The notes below the pieces were generated by a model that was not told the origin of the DNA, did no database searches, and saw only the letters and a list, made by a program, of their open reading frames with translations. This document shows, piece after piece, positions 10,437 to 21,111 of a DNA stretch of 64,000 nt; the stretch's first letter is position 1; the number at the start of each line of letters is the position of its first letter. The translations under genes and the position numbers were made by a program. Origin of the DNA: a virus (taxonomy: Duplodnaviria > Caudoviricetes); the IMG/VR virus record IMGVR_UViG_3300025740_000004, positions 1 through 64,000 of that record; one strand, written 5' to 3'.

Positions 10437-10595
10437 TTATACTTTTTTGCCAAACTTATTCTTCATAGATTCGGTATATTCTTGTTTCTTTTTTTCTACC
10501 AATTTTACGAGAACGTTTGCGGCATGTTTTTCAAGAATAGGTTTAGCATTTACATAATCTTGTTCATTCATTAGTTCTACAAGTCTTTTTTCCAT
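10437..10595 (-). CDS. Small prohead core protein, gp67-like (52 aa, below ORF-track cut-off)
   Basis: MEKRLVELMNEQDYVNAKPILEKHAANVLVKLVEKKKQEYTESMKNKFGKKV with GAGGA RBS. Lies between portal and protease as gp67 does in T4. Confidence 0.6.
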   Translation of the reverse strand: MEKRLVELMNEQDYVNAKPILEKHAANVLVKLVEKKKQEYTESMKNKFGKKV

Positions 10596-10623
10596 AATTT
10601 AAAATCCTCTTTAATTATATTTA

Positions 10624-10782
10624 TTAATTTTGTTTTACATTTTTAGGGAATTTCATTTTTCCTTGAGGGAGATCTAGGAATGTTTCATTAGAATCTTTTT
10701 TATATTTCTTTTGGATTCTTTTTATGATCTCTTTTATCTTAGGATCTTTAGAGTTTGTTTTTAGAAATTCTAGGAGTTTCAT
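10624..10782 (-). CDS. Small basic hypothetical protein (52 aa), apparently leaderless
   Basis: MKLLEFLKTNSKDPKIKEIIKRIQKKYKKD..., ATG 5 nt after TATAAATA. Confidence 0.45.
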   Translation of the reverse strand: MKLLEFLKTNSKDPKIKEIIKRIQKKYKKDSNETFLDLPQGKMKFPKNVKQN

Positions 10783-10787
10783 AATTA

Positions 10788-10795
10788 TATTTATA
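10788..10795 (-). promoter_or_regulatory. T4-type late promoter
   Basis: Exact TATAAATA directly after a terminator-like hairpin (10798-10827). A gp55 gene is present in the window. Confidence 0.7.
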
Positions 10796-10849
10796 AGAAA
10801 AGCCCATCTTATTAGGATAGGCTTTTTGGAAAGGCTTTTTAAAATTAAG

Positions 10850-12604
10850 TTATATTACATATTTATAAACATACTCTGGATATACAGTTATATTATAAAT
10901 TCCTTGTGGTAAATTAGCTATAGCAAAGTAACAATGTGTACTAGTTCCAAACGTAGACGAATTATTTGGCATTGCATTTTGTGCTAGATAATCAATCCAT
11001 CCATTAACAGTTTTAGTAAATGTGTCTTCATAAATGATATAATTAGTATTTGCTGATGTGTATGGTCTAAAACGTCTAGAAAATAAAACATCATCGACCG
11101 CAGTACCATTAGTATTTTGAATAAATATCTTATATCTTACAAAAAAATTATCACCAGATGTTAATGCACTTAAAACCTCGGCTCTAAAATTTACTATAGA
11201 TACTTGTAATGTATTACTATTAGAACTAGTTTCATATACCAAATTCCATTTATCTAAAGTTACTGAAGATGATGACAAAATTAAACTATTAGTTAAATTG
11301 ATATTTCTATTAAGTGGTTTAGCATAACCAGCGGTAGTTGTAAAGTTTGCATAATCTCTAATAGTATCATATGGCATTGTTAAATTTAATGTATTTGCTA
11401 CATACAACTTTCGAATTTCGATATCTTCCAATTCAGACAACTTAAACCCACCATATTCTGTCATATGTATACCATCATTAGACATTCCGGGTAAAAATCT
11501 GAAATTCTCGACTATCGTTCCTTCGCAATCCAAAAATCTCCACAATGGGTCGGATAAACTTTCATTTAAAATTAATTGTTTTATTATACTACATGACAAA
11601 ACTCTATTCCTAATAATATCCGTATATGTAGCACTTAGATTAGAAAATCCAAGAATACCAGTATCTATAACTGGAATACCAGAATCAGTAACTAATTTGA
11701 CTAATTGTTTATATTGATTAAAATAAAAGTTAGAGGCTGATACAATTTCTTCATAAGTACTATTACCATTAATTGATAGTAATATATCATTTAAATTTCC
11801 TCTAAATAACATAACATCAGGTTTTTTTGAAATTATATCTTGTATTGCTCGTCTATCGTTTGTATATGCTGATCTTGATCTACTAATCATTTGAGATGTT
11901 GATTGTCCAGAACGACCACCATTAGCAACTGCAATATAATTTTTACGAAGCTTTAACCATAATTTGTCTTTAGTAAATAATATGGATGAATTCGCACTAG
12001 TTATTGGAACGTACCAATTCTCAGTATCAGTTTTCACCAAAGGCCCTGACATAACCCAATCAGCTTTACTATCTCCGAAGGTAGCAATTCTAATTGGTCT
12101 GTCTAGATATCTAGTTGGTAATGAATATTTTGTAAGAACTGGTTTTTCAGAAGCTACATAAGAAGATTCTGCTGAAAAATTTCCAACTATAGGATTTGAG
12201 CTAATTTCTCTACGGACTTCTTGTACACCGACACCAGACCCTCCAGCAGCACCTCTAGGGCCTTGAGCGCCATCTTTTAAATAAGCTTCCCAGAGATTGT
12301 CTACTGACTTTCTATAAACAACTCCATTTTTTCTATACATTGCGTTTGGACCATATTCTAATGGGTTTGGATCGAAGTTTTTCTCACCAAGGTATCCGTC
12401 AAATAATTGTTCAACTTTTTGCTCAGGCTCAATTTCTTCAATGTCTAAATCAAAGTCTTCAGAAAGATTTTTAGAAACTGTTTCTGAAAAGTCTAGATCT
12501 AAACCTTCTAGGATATCATTTTCTTCAACATGTTTAGATGTTTCTGTAGACTTAATACCAGAAACATCATCTATAATTTTACTAGCAAGATTTTTAAAAT
12601 CCAT
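10850..12604 (-). CDS. Virion fibre/decoration-like protein: anchor module, short collagen-like linker, SGNH/GDSL hydrolase domain
   Basis: GAQGPRGAAGGSG linker. SGNH blocks FGDS, GRSG, GNLND, DGIH. GGAG RBS before MDFKNL. Confidence 0.75.
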   Translation of the reverse strand: MDFKNLASKIIDDVSGIKSTETSKHVEENDILEGLDLDFSETVSKNLSEDFDLDIEEIEPEQKVEQLFDGYLGEKNFDPNPLEYGPNAMYRKNGVVYRKSVDNLWEAYLKDGAQGPRGAAGGSGVGVQEVRREISSNPIVGNFSAESSYVASEKPVLTKYSLPTRYLDRPIRIATFGDSKADWVMSGPLVKTDTENWYVPITSANSSILFTKDKLWLKLRKNYIAVANGGRSGQSTSQMISRSRSAYTNDRRAIQDIISKKPDVMLFRGNLNDILLSINGNSTYEEIVSASNFYFNQYKQLVKLVTDSGIPVIDTGILGFSNLSATYTDIIRNRVLSCSIIKQLILNESLSDPLWRFLDCEGTIVENFRFLPGMSNDGIHMTEYGGFKLSELEDIEIRKLYVANTLNLTMPYDTIRDYANFTTTAGYAKPLNRNINLTNSLILSSSSVTLDKWNLVYETSSNSNTLQVSIVNFRAEVLSALTSGDNFFVRYKIFIQNTNGTAVDDVLFSRRFRPYTSANTNYIIYEDTFTKTVNGWIDYLAQNAMPNNSSTFGTSTHCYFAIANLPQGIYNITVYPEYVYKYVI

Positions 12605-12629
12605 TTTTATCTCCATGATTTAAATATAT

Positions 12630-14339
12630 TTATGGTAATTGTATTTGATTTGTTCCAGCTTCTTCTCCAGGAATTTGTTCATTAGATCCTTCTGGAGTTT
12701 CTGGTGCAGTTTCTTCTTCAGCATTTTTCTCTTGGTTTGCTTGATTTTGTGTTTGAGAAATTTTAGGAGTTGGTTCTTGAGTTTCTTCCTCTTCATCACC
12801 AGGACCAGGAACATTTTCTTCAGGTTCATTTGCACGTTGTTCTGAAAGTTCTTCTTGGATTTCGTTTTGAAGTTTTAAATATTCTTCTTCATTCATTCCA
12901 TAGATTTCTCTCATTAAATATCTTCTTGACCAAAGTCCATTAGGATTATCTTTAGAAGCCATATCAGCAGTAGCCATAGAAAGAACTTCATATTTTGATT
13001 TGATGTTCATTAATTTCTTTTGTTCTGCAAATAGATTTTCTTCACAGTATTCAATATCAAATAATGATTCTCTTCTAAACTTAGCATCGACTTGATTTGA
13101 TAGTTCTAATTGTGTACAAAGAAGATCTATGAAAAGTTTCTTAAATCTATTTCTAAGTCTTCCTACAAATTTAGAAAAATCTAATTCATCTCTAGTTAGT
13201 TCACCTGGAGCACCAATTGTAGTAACTGAATTTATATTATCTTCCCAACGACTTTTAGGAATTTGTAAAGATTTATATAAAGAAGTTTTAAACATATTGA
13301 TATCATCTAAAGAACCAATATTCATAGTCGATTCAAGATTATCTACAGTTGTTCCTTGACCTTCTCTTTTAATAAACCAATAATCATCAGTTAAAGATTG
13401 GAAAAGTTTTGAAGAATCTATATTTCCTTTTTCCGGATTGTAATCATAATTTTTCTTATATTTGGCTATTAATTGTTTTAGAAACTCTTCGGCTTTTCCT
13501 GGAGGTAAACGACTAGCTTCTACGTTCCAAAGTCTTCTAGTAGGCGCTCTGACCAATCGATAGATAATTAAAGAATCTTGTAAATTTTTATATTGACTCC
13601 AAGTTCTGATAGCTGGTTCTAAATATCCTCTAACATCCATCTTAGAAAGAACATAATCATCATAATGGATATAACAAACTTGATTGGATTCAAATGTAGT
13701 TTCAGTATTTGTATTTCTAACATCATTATAAGTTCGCCTTTTAGTTGTTTGTACAAATTTTTTAATAACATTTCCATCATATATTGGATAAGTATTTGTT
13801 GCTGGAAGAATTTTTATACCAATTATTCTAGTACCTTCATCATTCATAATTTTTTCTACAAACAATTCAGATTCTACCATCCAAGTTCTAAACATTTTCC
13901 ATCCACGTTCATCAAATTTAAGAACTTCAGAAACTATATAATCAAAAACTTTTCTAATATGTTTTTCTTCTCTTGCTGGAATATCTTTTTTAATTCTTAA
14001 CTTTACAAAATTTCCTTTATCATCTGCTGTTATAGCTTCATTACAAATCATATTCAAAGCATCTACAATTTCTGGGAAAAAGGACATTTCTCTATATATG
14101 GAAATCTTTTGAAATTTATTGGAGAAAATTGATCTAAACGCTTGAGCTTGGTTTACTGTGAAATTTCCAGCGGGTTGATAATAATTATTTGCGTAAAGAT
14201 TATTTTGAGCATCTATTAACATCAATTCTTCTTGAGAAGTTCCTTGAGAGTTTCTAGATATTTGTTCGTCAGCTAGTTCATCTTTTCGATTTTTAGCTTT
14301 CATAAACTTATCACTAAAGATGTTTATAGAAAAATTCAT
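12630..14339 (-). CDS. gp20: Portal vertex protein, T4 gp20-like (copy 1)
   Basis: YREMSFFPEIVDAL..ICNEAI, DSLIIYRLVRAP.RR, DDYWFIKREG, LYKSLQIPKSR, TRDELDFSKFV.RLR. Confidence 0.95.
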   Translation of the reverse strand: MNFSINIFSDKFMKAKNRKDELADEQISRNSQGTSQEELMLIDAQNNLYANNYYQPAGNFTVNQAQAFRSIFSNKFQKISIYREMSFFPEIVDALNMICNEAITADDKGNFVKLRIKKDIPAREEKHIRKVFDYIVSEVLKFDERGWKMFRTWMVESELFVEKIMNDEGTRIIGIKILPATNTYPIYDGNVIKKFVQTTKRRTYNDVRNTNTETTFESNQVCYIHYDDYVLSKMDVRGYLEPAIRTWSQYKNLQDSLIIYRLVRAPTRRLWNVEASRLPPGKAEEFLKQLIAKYKKNYDYNPEKGNIDSSKLFQSLTDDYWFIKREGQGTTVDNLESTMNIGSLDDINMFKTSLYKSLQIPKSRWEDNINSVTTIGAPGELTRDELDFSKFVGRLRNRFKKLFIDLLCTQLELSNQVDAKFRRESLFDIEYCEENLFAEQKKLMNIKSKYEVLSMATADMASKDNPNGLWSRRYLMREIYGMNEEEYLKLQNEIQEELSEQRANEPEENVPGPGDEEEETQEPTPKISQTQNQANQEKNAEEETAPETPEGSNEQIPGEEAGTNQIQLP

Positions 14340-14348
14340 TTTTTACCT

Positions 14349-14852
14349 TTAATCCGATTCAAATTCACTTATATTTATCTTTAGATATTTAGCAGTCATT
14401 TCTATAGATCGTTCAATTATTTCTTCAGAATCATCTAATCTATCTGAATAAAAGTTTAACATTTCAGACATTATATCATCTAAATCTTGATCTTGATAAT
14501 TTGGAAGAACATATGTAAAAGCTGGAAATACTTTAGAATAATTTAATTTTTTCTTTTTAGATTTCTTTTCTTTTTTTTCTTTAATTTCTCTAGTGAATGG
14601 AGGTTGCATTTTTTGAGCAAATGTATAATCCCCTATATTTTGAACACCCATATCTTCTTCTTTGACTTCTTTAGGAGGTAAATCTAAAAGATTCTTCAAG
14701 ACCCCAACCACTAATGGATAGAATCTTGAAGACTTCTCATCTATATCATATTCTTTTTTTACAATCTTCTCACATTTTTTCCAAAGCTTTTCTACAGTTT
14801 TTGGCTTTTTTCCAGATTGTTCAGCAAATGATTTCATTAATGGAGTTGGCAT
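14349..14852 (-). CDS. Hypothetical head-operon protein (copy 1)
   Basis: MPTPLMKSFAEQSGK..VEKLWKK domain, tightly packed upstream of the portal gene. Confidence 0.7.
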   Translation of the reverse strand: MPTPLMKSFAEQSGKKPKTVEKLWKKCEKIVKKEYDIDEKSSRFYPLVVGVLKNLLDLPPKEVKEEDMGVQNIGDYTFAQKMQPPFTREIKEKKEKKSKKKKLNYSKVFPAFTYVLPNYQDQDLDDIMSEMLNFYSDRLDDSEEIIERSIEMTAKYLKINISEFESD

Positions 14853-14889
14853 AAGACTAAAACCCTTTTATAGGTATTTAGTCTTAGTT

Positions 14890-16443
14890 TTATAGATATG
14901 GATTAGTATTTTGAGTCATAGATGCAGAAACCACCAAAGCTCTATCTGATGGTGGATTTGCAATTATATCTATATCTTGTCTATTATCTAATTGAAGATC
15001 TATAGCTGCCCATCCTTGAGAACCGTATTGATCTGCATCACAATATCCAAAATATGACCACACCCAATTCCATTCATCAAAAATATCAATTAAATCCCTT
15101 AACCATTGTGCTGTAGAATTTTTCCATCTATGTGTTGCAAATTCTCCTACAAATACTGATGGATACTTATATGCTAATTGATAGTCTCTTAATGGTTGTA
15201 ATATTTTATAGAAAAATGCTTTATTTACAACTTCGCCATTGACTAATAGACCTGGATATACTAAAGTAGAATCATTTGCTGTAAATTCTCCCGGTTCGTA
15301 AATATGTACTGACGGATAACAATTATCAAAAGGAAATTTATCTAATCCGTCAAATCTATAACAACTAGCATAATTATTTGTTTCGAAAATTAATGTTCTT
15401 GTAGGATCTATTTTTCTGATCTCTCTAGCAGCATCTACTTGACAATCCCACCAAGTTTTTTCAGATGGGCCATGCGATCTGGGCCACCAAGCATCAGCAG
15501 GTTCGTTCATCAGATCAAATGCATGAAAAGTATCATTTCCTTTATATTTGTTAGCAATATATTTCCACCAATATATATATCTATCATAAGATAATCCATT
15601 ATATTCTACTATTAAATTTGATTTTGGATATCTATTATTTCCACCTAACATCGTATGCATATCTAATATTATTTTTATATTATTATTTCTAGCATAATTT
15701 ATGGAAAGATCTAATTTAGAAAGTTTATCCAACATCCAAGCGTCATATTGTTGGGCATTATCTAAATCAGTTATCTCTAAATCAAACCCCTCATTATATT
15801 CTAATCCAAACCTCACAACATTAGTATTCCAATTTGTTCGTAATCTTTGATATGCCCCAGAAGTATCTCTAAATTGGGATGGCATATAAAATCCTCTCAT
15901 ATTAAATCCTGGAGGATTAAATGTTGGATCAATAGATGGTCGAGCCTTATTGTGAAGAATTGATGTAAATCTGATTCCATTTAACCAACACTGACCAGTC
16001 GATGGAGATGCTACTATTCGTAATCTTGAGATTGTAGCATCATGTGGAACAAGTATTTCTTGAGAAAATTCTGTCCAATCAGAGGTTCCATTTGGCACAC
16101 TTATCGTAACATATGTTGCAGTTGTTGTTGGTGATGTAAAATCTATAAAAAATTTAGTATCTGCAACAAGCGCAGAAGTTTTATAAAAAAACCTAAATGT
16201 CATATGTTTTCCACAAATCATATTTAGATTTTTTAAATATATCATTTTAGCATCATGCCATGTAGAACTTGTTGCAGAAATATATATACAATCTTTATAT
16301 ATAGGAGCAGCAGATGATTGTAAAATACTTATATTACCAACAACATCATATAATGGATCTTTTAAATTTAAATACCAAACAGTATCATGTATTCTAGCCA
16401 ATTGATCCACCTTCAACATAAACTGTTCCATATGAAATTCCAT
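14890..16443 (-). CDS. Glycoside hydrolase family 5 with N-terminal CBM-like domain (copy 1)
   Basis: NVVRF, IILDMH, DLMNEP (acid/base), SVHIYEP, VFVGEF (nucleophile), WSYF. Likely start is TTG at 16401 after GGTGGA. Confidence 0.85.
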   Translation of the reverse strand: MEFHMEQFMLKVDQLARIHDTVWYLNLKDPLYDVVGNISILQSSAAPIYKDCIYISATSSTWHDAKMIYLKNLNMICGKHMTFRFFYKTSALVADTKFFIDFTSPTTTATYVTISVPNGTSDWTEFSQEILVPHDATISRLRIVASPSTGQCWLNGIRFTSILHNKARPSIDPTFNPPGFNMRGFYMPSQFRDTSGAYQRLRTNWNTNVVRFGLEYNEGFDLEITDLDNAQQYDAWMLDKLSKLDLSINYARNNNIKIILDMHTMLGGNNRYPKSNLIVEYNGLSYDRYIYWWKYIANKYKGNDTFHAFDLMNEPADAWWPRSHGPSEKTWWDCQVDAAREIRKIDPTRTLIFETNNYASCYRFDGLDKFPFDNCYPSVHIYEPGEFTANDSTLVYPGLLVNGEVVNKAFFYKILQPLRDYQLAYKYPSVFVGEFATHRWKNSTAQWLRDLIDIFDEWNWVWSYFGYCDADQYGSQGWAAIDLQLDNRQDIDIIANPPSDRALVVSASMTQNTNPYL

Positions 16444-17272
16444 ATACTGCTAAATGTGTATTTGAATTTTTATTTGATATTATAGAATCTCCAGCCTCTG
16501 CATATAAATCTGTAGAAACAGCAACAGCAGCAGACGTTCCTAATCTGTATCTAAATGGACCAAATCCAGTGAATTTACATTTAACATATGTACCAGAAGG
16601 AATAGCAATTCTTTGTGAAACACCTGCGGATATCGATAGCTCATTAACTAAAGGATTTGATGCACTATATGTTGGTGTAAATACTGGTCCTAATAAATTT
16701 GACCAATCAGTTGCAGATACGGCACTCAAATCAGCTTTATTATTAAATTTATTCCAATCAGAACTTGTTAAAACTCCTGAAGTATTTGTAGACGCTATTG
16801 GCTTATTTGTCAATTGTTCCCAAGTAGACGCTCCAGTTCCAGACACCGAAACAGTTTCTGAAATAATTCTTTTAACTTCTTGAACACCGACACCAGACCC
16901 TCCAGCAACACCTCTAGGGCCTTGAGCACCATCCTTTAAGTAAACTTCCCAGAGGTTATCTACAGACTTTCTATAGACGGTCCCATTCTTTCTGTACATC
17001 GCATTTGGTCCATATTCTAAAGGATTTGGATCAAAATTCTTCTCACCAAGGTATCCGTCAAATAATTGTTCAACTTTTTGAGAACGTTCTTCTGGAATTT
17101 CGTCTTCAATATCTAAATCAAAATCTTCAGAAAGATCTTTAGAAACTGTTTCTGAAAAGTCTAGATCTAAACCTTCTAGGATATCATTTTCTTCAACATG
17201 TTTAGATGTTTCTGTAGACTTAATACCAGAAACATCATCTATAATTTTACTAGCAAGATTTTTAAAATCCAT
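16394..17272 (-). CDS. Hybrid fibre-like protein: N-terminus like 10850-12604, C-terminus identical to 21062-21955
   Basis: Direct comparison of the three translations. Confidence 0.75.
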   Translation of the reverse strand: MDFKNLASKIIDDVSGIKSTETSKHVEENDILEGLDLDFSETVSKDLSEDFDLDIEDEIPEERSQKVEQLFDGYLGEKNFDPNPLEYGPNAMYRKNGTVYRKSVDNLWEVYLKDGAQGPRGVAGGSGVGVQEVKRIISETVSVSGTGASTWEQLTNKPIASTNTSGVLTSSDWNKFNNKADLSAVSATDWSNLLGPVFTPTYSASNPLVNELSISAGVSQRIAIPSGTYVKCKFTGFGPFRYRLGTSAAVAVSTDLYAEAGDSIISNKNSNTHLAVYGISYGTVYVEGGSIG

Positions 17273-17297
17273 TTTTATCTCCATGATTTAAATATAT

Positions 17298-19007
17298 TTA
17301 TGGTAATTGTATTTGATTTGTTCCAGCTTCTTCTCCAGGAATTTGTTCATTAGATCCTTCTGGAGTTTCTGGTGCAGTTTCTTCTTCAGCATTTTTCTCT
17401 TGGTTTGCTTGATTTTGTGTTTGAGAAATTTTAGGAGTTGGTTCTTGAGTTTCTTCCTCTTCATCACCAGGACCAGGAACATTTTCTTCAGGTTCATTTG
17501 CACGTTGTTCTGAAAGTTCTTCTTGGATTTCGTTTTGAAGTTTTAAATATTCTTCTTCATTCATTCCATAGATTTCTCTCATTAAATATCTTCTTGACCA
17601 AAGTCCATTAGGATTATCTTTAGAAGCCATATCAGCAGTAGCCATAGAAAGAACTTCATATTTTGATTTGATGTTCATTAATTTCTTTTGTTCTGCAAAT
17701 AGATTTTCTTCACAGTATTCAATATCAAATAATGATTCTCTTCTAAACTTAGCATCGACTTGATTTGATAGTTCTAATTGTGTACAAAGAAGATCTATGA
17801 AAAGTTTCTTAAATCTATTTCTAAGTCTTCCTACAAATTTAGAAAAATCTAATTCATCTCTAGTTAGTTCACCTGGAGCACCAATTGTAGTAACTGAATT
17901 TATATTATCTTCCCAACGACTTTTAGGAATTTGTAAAGATTTATATAAAGAAGTTTTAAACATATTGATATCATCTAAAGAACCAATATTCATAGTCGAT
18001 TCAAGATTATCTACAGTTGTTCCTTGACCTTCTCTTTTAATAAACCAATAATCATCAGTTAAAGATTGGAAAAGTTTTGAAGAATCTATATTTCCTTTTT
18101 CCGGATTGTAATCATAATTTTTCTTATATTTGGCTATTAATTGTTTTAGAAACTCTTCGGCTTTTCCTGGAGGTAAACGACTAGCTTCTACGTTCCAAAG
18201 TCTTCTAGTAGGCGCTCTGACCAATCGATAGATAATTAAAGAATCTTGTAAATTTTTATATTGACTCCAAGTTCTGATAGCTGGTTCTAAATATCCTCTA
18301 ACATCCATCTTAGAAAGAACATAATCATCATAATGGATATAACAAACTTGATTGGATTCAAATGTAGTTTCAGTATTTGTATTTCTAACATCATTATAAG
18401 TTCGCCTTTTAGTTGTTTGTACAAATTTTTTAATAACATTTCCATCATATATTGGATAAGTATTTGTTGCTGGAAGAATTTTTATACCAATTATTCTAGT
18501 ACCTTCATCATTCATAATTTTTTCTACAAACAATTCAGATTCTACCATCCAAGTTCTAAACATTTTCCATCCACGTTCATCAAATTTAAGAACTTCAGAA
18601 ACTATATAATCAAAAACTTTTCTAATATGTTTTTCTTCTCTTGCTGGAATATCTTTTTTAATTCTTAACTTTACAAAATTTCCTTTATCATCTGCTGTTA
18701 TAGCTTCATTACAAATCATATTCAAAGCATCTACAATTTCTGGGAAAAAGGACATTTCTCTATATATGGAAATCTTTTGAAATTTATTGGAGAAAATTGA
18801 TCTAAACGCTTGAGCTTGGTTTACTGTGAAATTTCCAGCGGGTTGATAATAATTATTTGCGTAAAGATTATTTTGAGCATCTATTAACATCAATTCTTCT
18901 TGAGAAGTTCCTTGAGAGTTTCTAGATATTTGTTCGTCAGCTAGTTCATCTTTTCGATTTTTAGCTTTCATAAACTTATCACTAAAGATGTTTATAGAAA
19001 AATTCAT
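17298..19007 (-). CDS. gp20: Portal vertex protein, T4 gp20-like (copy 2)
   Basis: Identical translation to 12630-14339. Confidence 0.9.
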   Translation of the reverse strand: MNFSINIFSDKFMKAKNRKDELADEQISRNSQGTSQEELMLIDAQNNLYANNYYQPAGNFTVNQAQAFRSIFSNKFQKISIYREMSFFPEIVDALNMICNEAITADDKGNFVKLRIKKDIPAREEKHIRKVFDYIVSEVLKFDERGWKMFRTWMVESELFVEKIMNDEGTRIIGIKILPATNTYPIYDGNVIKKFVQTTKRRTYNDVRNTNTETTFESNQVCYIHYDDYVLSKMDVRGYLEPAIRTWSQYKNLQDSLIIYRLVRAPTRRLWNVEASRLPPGKAEEFLKQLIAKYKKNYDYNPEKGNIDSSKLFQSLTDDYWFIKREGQGTTVDNLESTMNIGSLDDINMFKTSLYKSLQIPKSRWEDNINSVTTIGAPGELTRDELDFSKFVGRLRNRFKKLFIDLLCTQLELSNQVDAKFRRESLFDIEYCEENLFAEQKKLMNIKSKYEVLSMATADMASKDNPNGLWSRRYLMREIYGMNEEEYLKLQNEIQEELSEQRANEPEENVPGPGDEEEETQEPTPKISQTQNQANQEKNAEEETAPETPEGSNEQIPGEEAGTNQIQLP

Positions 19008-19016
19008 TTTTTACCT

Positions 19017-19520
19017 TTAATCCGATTCAAATTCACTTATATTTATCTTTAGATATTTAGCAGTCATTTCTATAGATCGTTCAATTATTTCTTCAGAATC
19101 ATCTAATCTATCTGAATAAAAGTTTAACATTTCAGACATTATATCATCTAAATCTTGATCTTGATAATTTGGAAGAACATATGTAAAAGCTGGAAATACT
19201 TTAGAATAATTTAATTTTTTCTTTTTAGATTTCTTTTCTTTTTTTTCTTTAATTTCTCTAGTGAATGGAGGTTGCATTTTTTGAGCAAATGTATAATCCC
19301 CTATATTTTGAACACCCATATCTTCTTCTTTGACTTCTTTAGGAGGTAAATCTAAAAGATTCTTCAAGACCCCAACCACTAATGGATAGAATCTTGAAGA
19401 CTTCTCATCTATATCATATTCTTTTTTTACAATCTTCTCACATTTTTTCCAAAGCTTTTCTACAGTTTTTGGCTTTTTTCCAGATTGTTCAGCAAATGAT
19501 TTCATTAATGGAGTTGGCAT
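19017..19520 (-). CDS. Hypothetical head-operon protein (copy 2)
   Basis: Identical to 14349-14852. Confidence 0.7.
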   Translation of the reverse strand: MPTPLMKSFAEQSGKKPKTVEKLWKKCEKIVKKEYDIDEKSSRFYPLVVGVLKNLLDLPPKEVKEEDMGVQNIGDYTFAQKMQPPFTREIKEKKEKKSKKKKLNYSKVFPAFTYVLPNYQDQDLDDIMSEMLNFYSDRLDDSEEIIERSIEMTAKYLKINISEFESD

Positions 19521-19557
19521 AAGACTAAAACCCTTTTATAGGTATTTAGTCTTAGTT

Positions 19558-21111
19558 TTATAGATATGGATTAGTATTTTGAGTCATAGATGCAGAAACC
19601 ACCAAAGCTCTATCTGATGGTGGATTTGCAATTATATCTATATCTTGTCTATTATCTAATTGAAGATCTATAGCTGCCCATCCTTGAGAACCGTATTGAT
19701 CTGCATCACAATATCCAAAATATGACCACACCCAATTCCATTCATCAAAAATATCAATTAAATCCCTTAACCATTGTGCTGTAGAATTTTTCCATCTATG
19801 TGTTGCAAATTCTCCTACAAATACTGATGGATACTTATATGCTAATTGATAGTCTCTTAATGGTTGTAATATTTTATAGAAAAATGCTTTATTTACAACT
19901 TCGCCATTGACTAATAGACCTGGATATACTAAAGTAGAATCATTTGCTGTAAATTCTCCCGGTTCGTAAATATGTACTGACGGATAACAATTATCAAAAG
20001 GAAATTTATCTAATCCGTCAAATCTATAACAACTAGCATAATTATTTGTTTCGAAAATTAATGTTCTTGTAGGATCTATTTTTCTGATCTCTCTAGCAGC
20101 ATCTACTTGACAATCCCACCAAGTTTTTTCAGATGGGCCATGCGATCTGGGCCACCAAGCATCAGCAGGTTCGTTCATCAGATCAAATGCATGAAAAGTA
20201 TCATTTCCTTTATATTTGTTAGCAATATATTTCCACCAATATATATATCTATCATAAGATAATCCATTATATTCTACTATTAAATTTGATTTTGGATATC
20301 TATTATTTCCACCTAACATCGTATGCATATCTAATATTATTTTTATATTATTATTTCTAGCATAATTTATGGAAAGATCTAATTTAGAAAGTTTATCCAA
20401 CATCCAAGCGTCATATTGTTGGGCATTATCTAAATCAGTTATCTCTAAATCAAACCCCTCATTATATTCTAATCCAAACCTCACAACATTAGTATTCCAA
20501 TTTGTTCGTAATCTTTGATATGCCCCAGAAGTATCTCTAAATTGGGATGGCATATAAAATCCTCTCATATTAAATCCTGGAGGATTAAATGTTGGATCAA
20601 TAGATGGTCGAGCCTTATTGTGAAGAATTGATGTAAATCTGATTCCATTTAACCAACACTGACCAGTCGATGGAGATGCTACTATTCGTAATCTTGAGAT
20701 TGTAGCATCATGTGGAACAAGTATTTCTTGAGAAAATTCTGTCCAATCAGAGGTTCCATTTGGCACACTTATCGTAACATATGTTGCAGTTGTTGTTGGT
20801 GATGTAAAATCTATAAAAAATTTAGTATCTGCAACAAGCGCAGAAGTTTTATAAAAAAACCTAAATGTCATATGTTTTCCACAAATCATATTTAGATTTT
20901 TTAAATATATCATTTTAGCATCATGCCATGTAGAACTTGTTGCAGAAATATATATACAATCTTTATATATAGGAGCAGCAGATGATTGTAAAATACTTAT
21001 ATTACCAACAACATCATATAATGGATCTTTTAAATTTAAATACCAAACAGTATCATGTATTCTAGCCAATTGATCCACCTTCAACATAAACTGTTCCATA
21101 TGAAATTCCAT
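19558..21111 (-). CDS. Glycoside hydrolase family 5 with CBM-like domain (copy 2)
   Basis: Identical to 14890-16443. Confidence 0.85.
   Translation of the reverse strand: MEFHMEQFMLKVDQLARIHDTVWYLNLKDPLYDVVGNISILQSSAAPIYKDCIYISATSSTWHDAKMIYLKNLNMICGKHMTFRFFYKTSALVADTKFFIDFTSPTTTATYVTISVPNGTSDWTEFSQEILVPHDATISRLRIVASPSTGQCWLNGIRFTSILHNKARPSIDPTFNPPGFNMRGFYMPSQFRDTSGAYQRLRTNWNTNVVRFGLEYNEGFDLEITDLDNAQQYDAWMLDKLSKLDLSINYARNNNIKIILDMHTMLGGNNRYPKSNLIVEYNGLSYDRYIYWWKYIANKYKGNDTFHAFDLMNEPADAWWPRSHGPSEKTWWDCQVDAAREIRKIDPTRTLIFETNNYASCYRFDGLDKFPFDNCYPSVHIYEPGEFTANDSTLVYPGLLVNGEVVNKAFFYKILQPLRDYQLAYKYPSVFVGEFATHRWKNSTAQWLRDLIDIFDEWNWVWSYFGYCDADQYGSQGWAAIDLQLDNRQDIDIIANPPSDRALVVSASMTQNTNPYL

Larger units (their letters stand above)
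12470..17084. repeat. Tandem direct repeat copy 1 (about 4615 bp)
   Basis: Appears identical to 17138-21752 (offset 4668). Encoded proteins are identical in the ORF track. Confidence 0.95.

Noticed and set aside
14545-14583. Long T runs as phase-variation tracts
   Set aside because: They encode a Lys/Glu-rich stretch in frame and are identical in both repeat copies.
16394-16443. Programmed frameshift fusing the fibre to GH5
   Set aside because: No slippery heptamer seen. A TTG start at 16401 with a GGTGGA SD explains the overlap.
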